Shown piece by piece: positions 62,049 through 64,000 of a stretch of DNA of 64,000 bases. A model generated the notes under the pieces. That model was not told where the DNA came from. It saw only the letters and a program-made list of their open reading frames with translations, and ran no database searches. Each line of letters starts with the position of its first letter. The first letter of the stretch is position 1. Where the stretch lies: assembly GCA_964291405.2 (NCBI GenBank), contig OZ219926.1:3872001-3936000 (forward strand). The letters are read 5' to 3'. The translations under genes and the position numbers were made by a program. Source of the stretch: Thermodesulfobacteriota bacterium (GTDB taxonomy: Bacteria; Desulfobacterota; Binatia; Bin18).

Positions 62049-62483
62049 ATGGACAGCAGCACAACACCGGCTCAGGGTGGGTTTCGTCATGCTGTTGGCT
62101 CTCTGGCGAGCGATTCGGGTCGGGTTGAACTCCGGGCCGGTCAGCATGCCTGGGCGCTTGATGAGCCCAAAGCCTTAGGGGGCAATGGAGCGGCCCCCGA
62201 TCCGATCACGGCCTTCCTGGGCAGCCTATGTGGCTGTCTGCTGATGTCCCTTGAGATCACGGCGCGGGCGCGTCAAGTGCCGCTTGCCGGGGCGTCGGTT
62301 TCCGCCAGGTCGAACACAAAAGGGTTCGTGAAAACCATAGACGTTGACCTGACCGTGCGTAGTGCTGCGTCTGAAGAGACGGTCCGAACTGTGGTCACCC
62401 GAGCGGAAAAGGGCTGTTATGTGCGCGGGCTCTTGAAAGACAGTATTGCCTATTCCCTCAATGTTACCGTCCTGTCTGCCTAG
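62049..62483 (+). CDS. OsmC family protein
   Basis: DEP..LGG....P.P, LGSL.GC, AEKGCYV. Confidence 0.85.
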   Translation: MDSSTTPAQGGFRHAVGSLASDSGRVELRAGQHAWALDEPKALGGNGAAPDPITAFLGSLCGCLLMSLEITARARQVPLAGASVSARSNTKGFVKTIDVDLTVRSAASEETVRTVVTRAEKGCYVRGLLKDSIAYSLNVTVLSA

Positions 62484-62484
62484 G

Positions 62485-63210
62485 ATGCGAATCCCTCGCT
62501 TCTCCTGTGCTCTGGTTCTTTGTCGCTGGGGCTCAGTCTGCTGTGCGTGTATTGTCTGGTTATCGAGTGTTGGTGTAACTTTTGCGGCCTGTGACGAGCA
62601 CCTGAAAGAGGTCGAGCGGAGCGTTGGTCTGCTTTTGCATGGGCTGCGGACGACTCAGGGAACGGTTCGCGAGGTCGAATCGAAGACCCAGGGGCAGGAG
62701 GCCATCTACCAGAACTTACGCCTCCATCCTCCCGAGGAATACGATCCGGCATTGGCTCGACAGATTGGAAAAATCCGTCGGACCATCGTGCGTCCCAAGC
62801 GCACCCTGCTTGTACAACTGAAAGAACAACACGCAGCGACGCGCCGGCAGTGGGAGCAGGATATACGACTGGCCCATGAGCGGTTTCTTGAAGCCGAGGC
62901 CGCGTATCGAAAAAGGCTGCTCACGCAGGAGGCGTTCTGCCAGGCTCGCGAGGTCTATGCCGAGGCGCTGTCCCGCTATCGGGGTGGGCTGGAACAATAT
63001 CGAACCGGACTTACTCTGTACACGGACGCCTTGAACACCTACCGTGAACAATTCGTCGTCCCGTGCATTCGTGGCTACACCGAGCCTGCTCTCTGGCAGG
63101 CCCTCATCACCAGGTTTGAACAGGACGATTTCTTACAAGAACTTCTGAACGCTCTGACCGCAAACGCGATTCGCAGCCTCCCGCCGGAGGCGCCTCCGGA
63201 TGTAAGCTGA
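62485..63210 (+). CDS. Hypothetical secreted helical protein
   Basis: Hydrophobic N-terminus and long amphipathic helices; fills the gap in a co-oriented gene run. Confidence 0.55.
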   Translation: MRIPRFSCALVLCRWGSVCCACIVWLSSVGVTFAACDEHLKEVERSVGLLLHGLRTTQGTVREVESKTQGQEAIYQNLRLHPPEEYDPALARQIGKIRRTIVRPKRTLLVQLKEQHAATRRQWEQDIRLAHERFLEAEAAYRKRLLTQEAFCQAREVYAEALSRYRGGLEQYRTGLTLYTDALNTYREQFVVPCIRGYTEPALWQALITRFEQDDFLQELLNALTANAIRSLPPEAPPDVS

Positions 63211-63243
63211 CGGATACGCAAGCGCCTATTACCAAGGATAATC

Positions 63244-63804
63244 ATGCCTACGACTCCTGCGACGCTGTATCTCATTCGCCACGGGCAGGCCAGCGCCGGC
63301 TTTGATCAAGCCTATGACCCAGGCCTCGATGCCACTGGCCTGGCCCAAGCCGAAGCCATAGCGAACGAGTTGGAATCGCTGGGACCGCTGCCTATCGTCA
63401 CCAGCCCGCTCCAGCGCACGCGCCAGACCGCCGCGGCGTTTGAGAAACGCTGGAAAGTCCAGGCCCGAATTGAACCGGCGGTGGCGGAGATCCCTTCTCC
63501 CACGAAGGATCTGCAAGCCCGCGCAGATTGGCTCAGACAGGCTATGCGGGGCCGTTGGAGTGAGCTTGCGCCCCAGTATCAGGAGTGGCGGGATCAGGTC
63601 GTTGCCGCCCTGGTTGCCCTCAAGACCACAACCGTCGTCACCTCCCACTTTATTGCCATTAACGTGGCGGTCGGCGCGGCCACTCAGGACGGTCGGGTGA
63701 TCTGCTTTGAACCGGATAACTGCTCGTGTACCCGTCTGGAAGTGCGCGATGGCCGACTCCGTCTAGTCGAACTGGGCCGCCAGCGAGAGACCCGGATTCT
63801 CTAA
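63244..63804 (+). CDS. Histidine phosphatase family protein
   Basis: YLIRHG, L...G..QA, TSPL.R..QTA, VTSH. Confidence 0.88.
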   Translation: MPTTPATLYLIRHGQASAGFDQAYDPGLDATGLAQAEAIANELESLGPLPIVTSPLQRTRQTAAAFEKRWKVQARIEPAVAEIPSPTKDLQARADWLRQAMRGRWSELAPQYQEWRDQVVAALVALKTTTVVTSHFIAINVAVGAATQDGRVICFEPDNCSCTRLEVRDGRLRLVELGRQRETRIL

Positions 63805-63895
63805 TCTCGGGCCGCTCCGGCCTTGCGTTCTGCCTGCGGGAGTGTTTGAAACAGGTCGAAAACCGTACGCCCGAACGTTTCCGGGGAGGAAAGTT

Positions 63896-64000
63896 ATGAC
63901 AACACCCGAAGCTGAAATGATGCTGACGCCGCGCACGTCGCTCACCACCGAAACCGCGCCGGTGCTGGACCAGCATCGCTTTGATGAAGCTGCCCTTGAA
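63896..64000 (+). CDS. 5' start of a probable phosphotransferase (APH-like) family protein, runs off the window
   Basis: RBS GGAGGA; MTTPEAEMM...VLDQHRFDEAAL. Confidence 0.45.
   Translation, partial: MTTPEAEMMLTPRTSLTTETAPVLDQHRFDEAALE

Overview
A 64-kb, moderately GC-rich bacterial chromosome segment. The gene content (F420 enzymes, several amidohydrolases, DUF507 pair, sigma54 two-component pair) looks like a Deltaproteobacteria/Binatia-like organism; this is an inference. The housekeeping backbone is recG; alaC-hom-thrC-apgM-glpX-crt; a B12 acyl-CoA mutase pair with isobutyryl-CoA mutase signatures; dnaB, thiE, ntrBC-like, groESL, npdG, cysK, msrB, hisC, a sulfite reductase with Rrf2 regulator, tadA, tRNA-Ser(CGA) and a ccdA-TlpA fusion. 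Four accessory patches interrupt it. (A) 1949-11840: a defence island with a broken type IIG R-M gene and an intact ~1455-aa STAND NTPase with a C-terminal PD-(D/E)xK nuclease. It is bracketed at both ends by a membrane Sm-like (DUF6338-like) gene paired with a small unannotated peptide gene. (B) 34.4-36.2 kb: toxin-antitoxin pairs and a Mod/HigB deletion chimera. (C) 43.4-47.4 kb: a Cys-repeat secreted protein, a HEPN-like gene, a TA pair and an AAA-DUF4143 gene. (D) the region after tRNA-Ser. Main results: the two DUF6338-like/peptide modules, a GST whose active-site codon is an in-frame UGA followed by a SECIS-like hairpin (probable selenoprotein, truncated in the ORF track), probable pseudo-enzymes (HtrA-like, GlpX), and a frameshifted tadA. 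No CRISPR array, rRNA, integrase or transposase was seen. All family calls come from motif recognition, not database searches.
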